DNA of 64,000 nt. Origin: Octopus sinensis (lineage: Eukaryota). The notes under the pieces are model-generated. The model saw only the letters and a program-made list of their open reading frames with translations. It was not told the origin of the DNA and ran no database searches. The stretch is taken from NCBI RefSeq assembly GCF_006345805.1, contig NC_043007.1, forward strand, positions 7,006,001-7,070,000. Reading direction: 5' to 3'. Positions 14,499 to 27,790 of the stretch are shown piece by piece. Position 1 is the first letter of the stretch. Each line of letters opens with the position of its first letter. Both the position numbers and the translations under genes were made by a program.

Positions 14499-15290
14499 AG
14501 TTCAGCGTCTGATGTTTACCAAGATAATTCCTTTCTCCCTTCCCAACTGAAATTTCAGTCACCTGCTGTATGGCTTCTCAAGAGATATCATTTGCTCAAA
14601 CCATCCATCGTTTCTATTTCTAAATATATTTAACACTTTCTCTTTGTTATCCTTGAATCTATTGCCATAAACATACAAATATACACTCTCACTAAACACA
14701 TACAAAACCACACACACACACACTGCATGACTGAATATAAGTAAAGCAATCAATTTGTTTAGTTCTACCTTTATAGAATTTCATATATACGCCTACATAC
14801 ATACATACATACGTGTGTGTGTTTCTCTACATGTCAGAGTGTGTGAATGTATATATATAAATATATATATTAGTATAAATTATACACACACACACACACG
14901 CACACACATGTATATATATATACAGGTCGTCTCTGTCTGCCAGTCTCTGATCTCTAAGTTTACACACCCACAACTATACCTGTGTGTGTGTGTCTTTGTG
15001 AATGGGTTGCGTATGTGTATGTTTGCGTGAAGATATGCTTTCGAGATATGCTGACTGCATTATCCATTTGTTACAGCAGCAAGCAAAGACTTCAGCATAA
15101 TTGTTGTGATTAGATGTAATGTATTAGTCAACGTTCATGTACGTAGATGTAGGACGCTAATGAAATGCATCGACGGAAATGTAATATTTATAATTATACA
15201 CGCACGCATATGCATATTATATATATAGATAGACAGATATGCAACGCTAAGCACAGCAGTTTTATATATATAGATAGATAGCTAGCTAGC

Positions 15291-15358
<68 letters not shown>

Positions 15359-16474
15359 CAGAAAGATATATGAATGTATATATCTGTGTGCATGTGAGGT
15401 ATTCCATTGTACCTCCGAAAGTTAGATTAGTTCGCTAATAATTATGTTATCAAAGACAAGAATGAAATATATGTACCTGGGAATGTTCCCTTCAATCTGT
15501 ATTAAAAATAAAAAGAAGAAGAAGGAGGAGGAGAAGGATATCAAGCGGACCACCTCTAAGATGTACAAAGCAAATGTTAATTCGTGATAATGTATCAAGC
15601 AAAGCTGACATATATCTCGTAAGCCTTCCCAGAAAGGATGACAGTCCCGGGATATTATTTTTAAAAGTCTCATTCAAAATTGCTGCCATCGGACTTTCAG
15701 TCTAACACGTAAGCGAGTTGTGGTTGAGATTGTTTCTGAAATAGGACTCTATCAAAAGCCGCATGCAGGGACGAAAAATGTAGTAATACACCAAAAAAGG
15801 CAAAACAAATAAATGATACAACCAATGAAACCAGCCACCAATACACGAAGTAAATGTAAATATGACAGCAAAAGTCACTGCATGAAAACTATACGATTAG
15901 TACCTAGGACCCTACTGCAGAACAGACCCTTACTTAGCAGAGGTTTGCATGCTCTCGTCACAAGGGACATACTGGGATGTATTATTACTGCTAAGATAAG
16001 TGCCTTCCAACTAAAAAATACAAGTAAAATGATCTGATACAAAGAAGAAGCTCGTCACGTGACGTGCATTCAATAGCGATCGGTGACGTAATCCCTGGAT
16101 GCCGACGTCTCGCAGAGAGTTCTTGCAACATGACAAAACAGCTCAGTGCATTGTCTTGCCAATGGGTTCACCCGTATCACAAGTGGGAGGTGAACTCTTG
16201 GTCAAGATTCCTACATCCATTAATAGTAGCACCCATATCTCCTAAAAAAAAATTCATTCAGTTCGCTGATACCTTCAGCTTCACTTCAAAACGTCATGAA
16301 AAACCTCGATGAAATTGCAATGACCATTACTCCAGGTTTCATATACAACAGTTGAAATTCACGTATGTCCAGAGAAGGACGCTGTAAATAAATATTAAAT
16401 ATACTGATGAATGTGAAAAACCTCCGTTATCTTTATTATCATCATTAATAATATATATATATATATAAATATAT

Positions 16475-16830
16475 TTTGAACGTTGATATGTTCGCGTCTT
16501 TTTCTTAATAGTTACAATATCAGGACTTTAACCTACATGGATTTAAGCAGGATTGAACCTAAGGACTTATAGACTTACTTTTACACGATCGGGAAGTTGA
16601 ATTGTGAACATTTATGCTTCGTTTTTCCTATCTTTGTTCATCTCCTTATTCCTTTACTCTTCATTTCATTAATCTATATCCTCATTTTCCCTATTTGTCT
16701 CCGATGACAGAATATCCCATTCTCTGGGATATACCAGAAACAGCTGTAAGACTTTGAATTTTTTCCCAATGAAAATAATGTATACGACTTGAGATATTTG
16801 CCTTGCCTTAACATTTGTTGTCCTCTTAAA

Positions 16831-16835
<5 letters not shown>
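16475..16835 (+). mobile_element. PLE 3' fragment, same family as 11285-11695
   Basis: Colinear homology to 11296-11695, an 'IRTLxxHGF'-like remnant, and a 3' end in (TA)n. Confidence 0.7.
16697..16752 (+). ncRNA. Type-I hammerhead motif with a U4C core change
   Basis: GTCT-CCGATGA-..TATCCC/GGGATA..-GAAAC-AGCT-GTA-AGAC. Helix I is perfect and helix III is the palindrome ACAGCTGT. Confidence 0.7.
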
Positions 16836-16872
<37 letters not shown>

Positions 16873-17339
16873 TTGATTATATCTCAAGGATAGTCAAGCT
16901 TTAATTAATAGTGAGGGATGAAACTTGAATCACAGTCAACACCTACATATAACTTTCACTGTACAATTTGTTGCCAAGTTATTTGAATATTTTTACAGAA
17001 GCATTACTCATATACCTTTTTGGCTCTCTGTCTTTCCCCATCATCCAACCTCTCTACTTGTTTCACTGTCTATCTATTCTTGCGTTTCTTTCTTACTCTA
17101 ATATATTTTTACAGTTACCGAACTAATCTATACATCTGACTTCGGTAAGGCCAGGAATATATAAGCAAAGATCAAACATTTAGGTTTCTATCGATCGATA
17201 CTTATCGATAAAGTTACTTTGATCATCAAACCGTTTTCTGTAACATTACTATCTCGAAGTTGCCGTATAGAAATCGTGAAAACTATTGTTATGTTTCTTT
17301 TCCGGTTGCTGTGGGGAGTGGATGTATTATCATTGTGCA

Positions 17340-17356
17340 TACAATTATTATTATTA

Positions 17357-17398
<42 letters not shown>

Positions 17399-17427
17399 TA
17401 TTATTATTATTATTATCATTATTATTA

Positions 17428-17482
<55 letters not shown>

Positions 17483-17549
17483 CATTATTATATTATTATT
17501 ATTATTATTATTATATCATTATTATTATTATTATTTATTATTATTATTA

Positions 17550-17616
<67 letters not shown>

Positions 17617-17618
17617 TT
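17340..17618. repeat. (ATT)n microsatellite
   Basis: Read directly. It explains the poly-L/I/Y ORFs. Confidence 0.95.
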
Positions 17619-17647
17619 AATAAATACCTTCTAATATTTTTTCCGGC

Positions 17648-17745
17648 TCTTTACATTCTGAACTCAAATCTCGCCGAGGTCAACTTTGCTTTACTTTCCT
17701 TTGGGTCTGCAAAATAGCCATTCTCCTTGTGCCAAACTCCGAATT
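17648..17745 (+). mobile_element. SINE internal fragment
   Basis: TTCTGAACTCAAATCTCGCCGAGGTCAACTTTGC. Confidence 0.6.
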
Positions 17746-17812
17746 CGTTATTATCATTATTATTGTTGTTCTTTATGTTGTTGTTCTTGTTGTTGTTGCT
17801 ATTGTTGTTGCT

Positions 17813-18033
17813 AAGGTGGCGAGCTGGCAGAAAGGTTAGCACGCCAGGCAAAATAGTAAGCTGCATTTCACCCGTCACAGCAACATTCTGCGTTCAAATT
17901 CTGCCAAAGTCGCATTTGCCTTTCATCTGTTCTGGGTTGAAAAAATAAATACCAGATGAATACCGGTGTCGATGTAATCACCTTAGCCCCTCCGCTAACC
18001 TGCTGGCCTTGTGTCAAAATTTGAAACCAATAT
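17813..18033 (+). mobile_element. Octopus SINE (~215 bp family)
   Basis: AAGGTGGCGAGCTGGCAGAA head through to the GGCCTTGTGTCAAAATTTGAAACCAATATT tail. Confidence 0.9.
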
Positions 18034-19891
18034 TAACGTTGTTGTTGTTGGTAAAGGTAATGGTTATTAGTAGATTAGTGATGATGTTGGTCGTTATTAA
18101 TGAGGGTCGAAGTAAAGGTAATGCAGATAGAATCTGTCACGTGGCTCAAGGTTTTCATAGTATTTCCATTAATGGTGAATGCTGGCGATTGTTGATGGCT
18201 TGCTGGTAGCTTGTAAAATTCCTGAAATACACCAGTTGTTACTTTTAATTATGGCTTGAGAAAGCGCCTGTCATTGAAATATGTTCCCAGTCAGTCAAAG
18301 AAAAAATATAACATAAAAGTAGGCAGCGTGGTTCTAAGAACGGAAGCTCAAGTTTATTATTGATGGCGATTCTTTGAAGACGAAGTTGGCAGACTGAACG
18401 GTCTTGATGGTGACGGCGATCTTTTTGATTTGTGGATTTGCGTTTATTTTCTTTGCTAGCATGAATAGTAAATCTAGTTGATAATGCGTGCAGATAAGAA
18501 TGTATTTCTAAATTTTTCATCGATCATTAGCGTAGTGTTTGTACATAGAGCTGAAGTTGGTTGGTACGGAACTCAGTAAGGTGAACATCTTACCAATGAA
18601 TTTTATTGCCTTTCTCATTGCTACAGCCAATGATGCTGGTGATGTTGATTCTCATTCAGATGGTATATCAATATTATGATGGCATCCATGGCGTTGGTAA
18701 CTATGGACGTTATACTAGTAAGCGCGACCTTAAGACTTGCACTGTTAAGAGATCATATGTGATCTGTGAAGTCTCTGCCAGCGGATCTTATACAGCGGAA
18801 ACAATTTTAATGGTCGTATTTGAAGTGAAAGTAAGAATCTCAGCTGAAAATATATACTTCCTATCGATTATCAGTTCATGGATTAGAAAGAAAGTGTTTC
18901 TGCGAAGGAGATGAACAAAATATAATAATAAAACTGTCATATGAAATTCAGGAAGTGTTATAATCGCCCCTCTTGCTTTTTCCATATTTCCAACTAAGGA
19001 AGCGGTACATGATGTGGATAAGTAAACGTCGTGTTCTCTTAGTTGAGACATAGAGAACTGAATTTAGTCTATCTTAGGAGAACACAAAGACCGTCTCTGA
19101 TGTCTATCGGAACAATTTAAGCAAACACCTGTCAATATGTGGTCAGAAAATGTTTATAATATTCCCGTTCTACAAACTTCACAATTCGAGTGAAGTCGAG
19201 AGAAAAGTCAGAGAAAAGAAGTTCATTGATAAATTCTAAACCGTTTTCAATGGCCTATAATAATCACACTTAGAGTAACGGTAATAGTTGAAATAATGAT
19301 GATAACTAGTTGGACCCGTGAAAACATAAAATATGTATTTGTAAATTGTCTGCTGGTGCCATGAGAACTGTTTCTAGATTGTGACACTTACAGAATATAG
19401 AAAAAAGTGTAAAACCGATAACTATATAATCCAATTAAATAAAGGCAAGCTATTATTTTTTTAGGTTCCATGAAAATAAAGAATCCTTCACGTGGCCAAT
19501 AAAGCGTGACATTTAAGCCACACACCAACTGGCTAAAATGCTTCTTTGAACAAAGCAGGATAATTGCTAATCAAGTTGGCACAGTCACCACCCCGTGACA
19601 TCTAAGCCGCATGCTGATTGGTCAAAATACAGTTCGTAAGATTCAGCCTACGGGAGCCCGAGAAGAGGTATTTAATGGACAAATCGAATCATATCACTAC
19701 GGTTGTCATTTGTGAAACACGTCTGTCACTAACGCATTGAAAAAATACTAGATTTATCAAAATAAATATATAATATGCTGTTATTATATATTGTAAATTT
19801 GTAAAAATTGTAAATAATAATACGTGAAAATCCAACTAGCTTGAAATTGCATTGATTAACATATCCTTCTATACACAATTATACAAACTCG

Positions 19892-19938
<47 letters not shown>

Positions 19939-19999
19939 TTAGGGAGAGTTTACGAAAAAAACAGATGTATTAGTATAACGCTCACACACATATAGATAT

Positions 20000-20032
<33 letters not shown>

Positions 20033-20102
20033 GGTGTCTTTGTATGACTGTATGTATGTATGTATGTTTGTATGTATGTATGTACGTATGTATGTACGTA
20101 TG

Positions 20103-20150
<48 letters not shown>

Positions 20151-20879
20151 CGTATGTATGTTTGTACGTATGTGTGTATGTACGTATATATGTATGCATT
20201 TACACCGTTGTGCACATGAGAAAACTTACCGCCATTTGCGTGTATATATATATACAACTTGTTTTATATTGACAAATAGCATGAAATCTTCATAATCATT
20301 TTTTGGATTTTGGAAAGTTGAAACTCGAAGTAGTTAAAGCTATAAACAATAGCATATAAATATTGAGTTAAAAAGAATTCGAAAGTTACCCTTGGCATAC
20401 GAGGCCATGTCTTCTGTAGATATTTCCGACTGTCCAAAATTTTTCTTGCCCGTTCTTAGTTTCAGCTTCAAATATAAATAATTTCGTGTTCTGTCGATCT
20501 TTGCCAATTCCTATGGCACTAACTATATGTTATGCTTCTTCTTTTTCTAGATCACGTATGAATATACATGAAAGGTGGAGATTTTACTACGTGTCAACAA
20601 TCTAATGTAAGTGAAAATTATTGCAAGCCCTGTATTTGTCATCGTTGTTGCGTTTTTTGCATTTAAGTAAAGAATTTCTGTCTGGTTTGTTATAATCTGT
20701 AATTGATTTCGAATATTAATTTCAAGTATATTTATTAACATTGAAATTTGGGAATGTATGTGTACCGTGGATGCGTTTGTAGTTGCCTATACCAACTATC
20801 AAAAATGTCACACAGCTTATATTGATGTGCATGTTTAGATACATATCAATCGAGTTATTTGAGATTTTAATATAGAACA

Positions 20880-21330
20880 AGGCTCATCTCCAGTAGATCA
20901 TAAGAAAATATCAGTGACCGGAAGTAAATGTGTCTATCAACTACAATATGTTGGTCCGAAACAGAAACAATCCAACGATTAAGCAACACTGACTCCTCTA
21001 TATTACATGCAACATGCTTGATGTCCTCATGCACGGCGCTTCGGCTGGTGCATCCTTTATGCATTGCAATGGCTCCCATCGACTCCCCGGACTATTATAT
21101 CGATTATTTCTGAGCATTTTGGTATTAGGACCCGGTGCATACGTCTTGGGTTTAGATGCTGATGTTGGATCCCTGCTAGCAGCCTCTAGCTCATTTCAAA
21201 CTTTGACAACACAAATTCGCGCATCTTGCAGGAAGTGAGAAATGTCTCTCTCACTACGCCGCGACTTTAAGGCAATGAATGCAGAGTGCCTGTTCATTTG
21301 CTGAATCAACCTAATGTCTGACATTATTTA
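20880..21330 (-). mobile_element. Decayed Tc1/mariner-superfamily transposase, maT/Bmmar1-like
   Basis: Translated remnants QQMNRHSAFIALKSRRSERDISHFLQDAR..KV*NELEA, SMGAIA..VHEDI, NRW and an FPVT-like stretch. Multiple stops and frameshifts. Confidence 0.55.
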
Positions 21331-22211
21331 TCTGAAAAGCAAGGTACAAAAATGTGAGAAGAGCTCGTGAAAGAGATAAATTCATATGTAACCACATATA
21401 CATTCGCACACACAGACTCACACACGCACACAAGCATACGATTGCTCGCACGCTTATATTGCAGTAACTGAATGGTCGTGAGACGTCGAAGCAGACGATA
21501 CACTTTACAGTATTCAATTCTATTCAAAGACTGTGGAGATTATTTCTGTCTGCTTTATATGCAGACTCGATAAAATAAGTCCATAAGTCGACATATAATG
21601 CATTGGACATGTACTATATCAGATACATAATGCACAGGACATGTAGTTGCCTAGACAGGCTGCGTATTACACACGGTTCAATAAAATATAATTCGAAAGC
21701 ATTAGAGAACTAATAACACATTTCCGGTTAAAAAAAAGATAACATTAACTATGCTATTCCTGATGATATTTGCTTATTAATATCAGTGTTACCTGTGATT
21801 AATACCTATAATCAAAGGTGTTCCAACAGTAATCATTCCATAATGCGCCCGGCTGAGTGTTGCAAATCTATGATTAGACTATCCTGTGTCCAGTTGTTTT
21901 TACGTAGACTTGGGTGTAATAGAGAGAGATTGAACTGCTATAGATATAAGCGATGTGGCAACATCAAGACATCAATGCATTTTTTCTAGGAACAGGATTA
22001 AGTTATATTTCCGTAAATATGTATATATTCATAAAATGATGTATTGAAAAATTCTCATTTAAATTGCGGTTTAACTCTTCTGTTATTAGATCGAGTCATT
22101 CATTTCCATTGAAGTCTTATACTAAAGATTACTCAACGCCTGATGTATACTCTACTTTAATTGTAAACTCATACAAAGGCAGACATACACAAATGCAAAA
22201 CTATACATACA

Positions 22212-22245
<34 letters not shown>

Positions 22246-22319
22246 CAGAGAGAGAGAGAGAGAGAGAGAGAATTTACAAAAAACAAAAGACAAAGAATGT
22301 TATATATATATAGTTTATA

Positions 22320-22376
22320 TATGATAAAATATATATATATATAGTTATATATATTTGTAAATATATATTATTATAT

Positions 22377-22433
<57 letters not shown>

Positions 22434-22943
22434 ATTATATATTTATATATATAATTTATAATATATAATTATATAGTATATATATATATTTATAATATAT
22501 ATTATATTATATATATATATAGTTATATTATAGAATATATTATTATATATTATATAATTTATAATATATATATAGTTAATATATTATATATATTTAATAT
22601 ATATATATTTTATATATATATAGTTATATATATATATATATTTATATATATATTATATATATAATATATATTTATATATATATATAATAGTTATAATATA
22701 TATATATTTATTAGTATATATATATATTATATATTATATATATATAGTTATATATATATATTATATATATATTTATATATATATATAGTTATATATATAT
22801 ATATATATATATTATATATTCATATATATATAGTTATATAGTTATATATAATATATATATTTATATATATATAGTATATAGTTATATATATATATATATT
22901 TATATATATATAGTTATATAGTTATATATATATAGTTATAAAG

Positions 22944-22983
<40 letters not shown>

Positions 22984-23019
22984 CATTTATATTATATAGT
23001 TATATAGTTATATATATAA

Positions 23020-23060
<41 letters not shown>

Positions 23061-23110
23061 TTATATATATATATATATATATAGTTATATATTGAGATTA
23101 TATATATATA
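22320..23110. repeat. ~790 bp degenerate (TA)n / TATAGTTATA satellite
   Basis: Almost entirely A/T, with a recurring TAGTTATA. Confidence 0.95.
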
Positions 23111-23135
23111 TAACAAAGACAGAGAGAGCGAGCGA

Positions 23136-23166
<31 letters not shown>

Positions 23167-23933
23167 CGAGAAAGAGAGAGAGCTGAATAGTAGCATTTCT
23201 TACCACTCCACTCTTATGTTTACGTCTTTCCCAGGCAAAGACATTTTCATTTACATAAATGTTTGTTTATATGTTTAGCACTACTATAAACCGCTAATTT
23301 ACATAGGACTATTATTGTCTCGGTACATATACAATTTTCTTCTATTATATATATATACAGTCATTTTCTTGCTAGCTTCAAATTTTATATAAGGATACAA
23401 AAATGTGTATATACATATGTGTGCCTACGTACATGTACATAATGCACACACATAAGCATGCACAGACGCGTGCACACAAAAATATACAGTCAAATATATA
23501 TATCTATATTTACAAATGGAAATATATGCGTGTATGTTTTGGCGTACGTGTGAGGTTCTGTTTGAGCGAGCTTGTTTGCATTTCTTTGTATTTATGTATA
23601 TTCGACTTTAATTAAAGTCTTTTGTTATACAGAAGAAATTAATAAAACGATTTTGAAAGAAATTAATGCCCTCAAAACATACCGAAAAAGGAATTATTTA
23701 GAGTTCTATCATACCTAAGCTTGCTTTAATTAATTATTTTAAATTTGATTTTGTTGGTCATTCTTGTCTTCTTTTTAGCTTTTATATTTCTATCATTTTT
23801 TGCAAATTAATATCTCAGATAACAAAATTGTTATTTATGTGTTTCCCTTCTAAATCTACTTTTTACAAATATATTTTCAATTATGTTTTAAACAAATTTG
23901 GAGCTCTGTTCTTCTTTATATATATATATATAT

Positions 23934-23976
<43 letters not shown>

Positions 23977-25949
23977 CATATATATATATTATATCCTTTT
24001 TCCTTGGATTCTTTGGGTTTTTTTAAATGTCTTTATCTTATTATGCTTAATGTTTTCGAATATTTTCTTTGTGTAACAATCCTCGTCTGTAAATTTCGAA
24101 ATAAGATAATTATTTAAATTGATACATACACACACATTCATAACTTGTGTGAGCAATGTGTGAATGTGTATGTGTGTGGTTGTGTGTTGGGGAGGTGAAC
24201 GTGTGGCTGTGCGTGCGTGTATGTGTGCTTTCGAGTGCGCGGTTGAGTCTATGACTGCGTGTATGAGTAGCTTTGTGTGTGTTTGTGTGTGTATGCCTGT
24301 GAGTGGTTGTATCAATGGCTGTCTGTATGTATGTCTGTGTGTCTGTGTGTGTATGTGCGCGCGCGCATGGAAAAAATGGTTGCTCTTACTTCAGTAGAAC
24401 GAGTCCTCTATTAATTCCGTTCTTGGCCATGAAATTATTTCACTCCCGCATTAATAGATAACTATTTGCTATCTCATTGTTTAATCTCTAAAGATGGAAT
24501 GTTTTTATCAAAGTGTTGTTTAGTTTACGGTCTTTGTGAATTTGTTTTGTTTCATTTCATCATATTTGTGCGGCTTCATCTGTATCTTCGTTTATGATTG
24601 TTTCTTGTTACAATTTTGCACCTACATTTAAGCAGAAACATAAATACGCACACACGTATACATATATACACATATGTGTGTGTGTTTACCTGATTCCTAG
24701 TGTTTAGTTGGTGCGATTATGATTTTAGAGAGAAACTTGGGTCTCTTCCACTCACCATTCACTATTATATGTGAACGTGTTTAAATTAACTGATGAATTC
24801 TATACAAGGCAACCAAGTACGTCTTTGAATAACTCGTTCAGAAAACCACTTCCAGTCAGAGTACGTAGATTCGGTGCAACTTGTGTAGTTAATTATCTCA
24901 AACAATACGAAGCATTTGAAACAGTCGCCAAAGTTTTCTCTTTTTTCAACATGTCATCAGAAACTGAAATGATGACATCTTAAAATGAAGGAAAACGCAA
25001 CTAATTCCATATTGCTTTTTGTACTCTCCATTATTTGAAATTAAGTTTCTTTATGGAAGATGTAGAATGTAATATATAAATCTAGTTTTAAACCTTACTT
25101 ATGTCAGTGATAATAAATTATCCTAGCCTCTTAGGGGATAATACTGAAACCGTGTAACCTCGCGAAATACAATAGAATTTCGCGTAAAATATAAAAAGGA
25201 AGAAGCAGATCTTATTATGTCCTGTGCTTGCTTATGTACGCTCCACCACCACATTGTGGAGCAAACGCCATCTTCGAAAGATTCAAAGTGTTTTATTTTG
25301 TCCCCACCGTAACACAGGTAGAAGGAGATAGGTTTTACTAAATGGACAACTTAACACTCTTCTATGTGGTTCTTAAGAAACCCTCCCGACGACAAATATA
25401 ATACGCTGAAACGCTGATAGAATAAGCATGAAATGATAATTATAAAGAACAATAGAGGAAATAGATATGATATTAGGGAGTCAGACTGGCAGCTTTAACA
25501 AGTATGAAGAGCATAAAAACTGTAAAGAATAAAGAAATTTGAAATTGCAAGAGGTAAATCGATAAACAAGCCAGAAAGAAACTAACACTGAAGACAAATG
25601 TGTACTTACTATTGGATAGACAAAGAAAGTGAGATAGCTGAGATAAGTTGAATGACGGGCACCGTTGTTGATATATGTCAGAGGAAATAAGATTCAAAGA
25701 GGGAAGAGAAGAAATTTTATATAGAACAAGTTTGAAATTTGGAAGACACATATGCGAGAACAATGTTGATGCCACTCAGCTAGCAAACACGAATCAGATT
25801 CATCTCTATATTCATATCATCATCGCCCCACAAGCATAATATTTTGTCATCAATGGATGAGACTAAAATAATGCTTAACTATACATGAGAAATTGCAAAG
25901 CTAGCATGGATGTAACATAAAGGGATGTCGTTATTAGTATGAAATAACG

Positions 25950-26166
25950 GGGTGGCGAGGTGGCAGAGTCGTTAGCACACCGAATGAATTCCTTGGCCGT
26001 ATTTCGCCCGTCACTATAACCTGAGTTTAAATTCTGCAGAGGACGACTCTGTCTTTCACCTTTCCGGGGACGATAAATTAAGTACCAGTGGAACACTAGG
26101 GTCGATGTAATCGACTAATCCCTTCCCCAAAATTTCAGGCCTGTGTCTTCAGTTGAAAAGATTACT
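25950..26166 (+). mobile_element. Octopus SINE (~215 bp family)
   Basis: GGTGGCGAGGTGGCAGAGTCGTTAGCAC...GATAAATTAAGTACCAG...GTCGATGTAATCGAC. Confidence 0.9.
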
Positions 26167-26760
26167 AGTATAAATTCCCTTATATTAATCATATACAAAT
26201 CTTAAAATAATCCCTCACCCATTGTTACATGAAACTCCCGTGCAACGTTTATTCAATTTCATCAGTGTAAATATTCTACTAATATCTTAATTTTATTTCT
26301 AATACGGTATTTGCAACTCATAATACCATTATAAAATCATTTTATATCTTTTAAGCCACATATTTAAATCTTTAATCATATTAATTCTATTCATAATGAT
26401 ATTTCTTATCTATAAAATTTCATATTGTTGGACGCCATACATAAAATTTTGCTAAAGTATGAAAACGTTTGCAGATGAAAGCTAACAACAACAACGTTTA
26501 ATTGATTTCATTACCAAATTTTCGGGATCAACTTTGGAGTTATTTTGTATTTCTTAGCTCCTAATCTATTCCTACCCTCATTAATCGTAATTTTCAAGCA
26601 AGAAGCGCTCCCGCGTTTATGAAATGATTGCTCCTTTTTCTCTTTCTTCACCCAGAAGCGTATATTGAACACCAGTACAATGCACTTCGTAGTTCAGTTC
26701 CTCGACGAACTGAAATTTCAGAGCTGCAAATACCAATCACGTGTGTATGTGATGTGTGCG

Positions 26761-26832
<72 letters not shown>

Positions 26833-26879
26833 CAACAAAAATAACACTCTTTCGTGTTAAACGTAGCTCGTGAGTAAGT

Positions 26880-27790
26880 ACTCTCTTCCTGATGACCTCC
26901 CTAACAACCCCAAATCAGCCGAGCAAGCTTACTTGAAAGAAGACCTGCAGGTGAAACGTTCAGCATAACAAAAGAGAAACAACTTTGTGTGAGTATGTTG
27001 ACAAAAAGGCAAGCCCCTCCTGGACTCGTGACCTTACACTGTATTTGCAAGAATGGAGACTGCTACTAAACACCTAATCAACAAAAGTAAGAGTGAAGTC
27101 GATGGAGTTCCAAGATGCAACCATAAATGTAGATTATGTCATATTTATGTGGAAGACATCACACATGTGATTAGCAGCTGCCAAAATGTTCGTACTGATA
27201 CTACCCCCCTAAATGACATGAAGTTGTCGCAAAATCAATATACAATGCCAATGGGGGAAAAGACTACCCGGGAATAAATTGAAAGAACCGACTGTTATTG
27301 AATACGTACATAGATACCTACACAAGGAATACTGGTGGAACATTCCCATCAATACATCTGTCAAGTGTAAACATAACAGACCGGATATTGCTGTTTGCGT
27401 CAGACAGGAAAAAGCATGGAGTGTCATAGAGGTCAAATGTTCTGCCAATGTGAATATCTCTGAAAATCAAAGAGAAAGAAGATAAACTATGGACAACTGC
27501 TTCGAAATATCCAGCTTCTATATCCGGATTACAAATTTACATTTATACCAATAACAATTGGAGTATTTGACTTTCTAAGTAAATGCCAACTGTCAGTCTG
27601 GATAAGCTTGGATTTTCAGAAAAGTAAATCAACCAACTAACTTGGAACAGTAAAATTATGCAAGACTTTTCTCAGGTTTCAAATGTGACATTGTTTTCGT
27701 CAACAACATTCCAAAGATGGAGCTTTGTATTATTGATAGAAACCACCTCCTTCCTAGAAGAAAGAATGTACATGAATAAATACAGAAGAG
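26880..27790 (+). mobile_element. 3' fragment of an RLE-type non-LTR retrotransposon (R4/Dong/HERO/NeSL group), frameshifted
   Basis: CCHC knuckle CRLCHIYVEDITHVISSC, NRPDIAV and IEVKC (PD-D/ExK) motifs, then YGQL...FIPITIG. Followed by a (TATG)n tract. Confidence 0.85.

Noticed and set aside
18745-18795. Minus-strand AGRDFTDHI resembling actin AGRDLTDYL
   Set aside because: Only 9 residues, followed immediately by a stop, with no flanking actin similarity.
18245-18914. Protein-like ORFs 18245-18520(-) and 18606-18914(+)
   Set aside because: No recognisable domain and no consistent splice structure.
26889-26960. CTGATGA...GAAACGTT as a hammerhead
   Set aside because: It has no helix I or II support, and it lies in the coding frame of the RLE LINE fragment.
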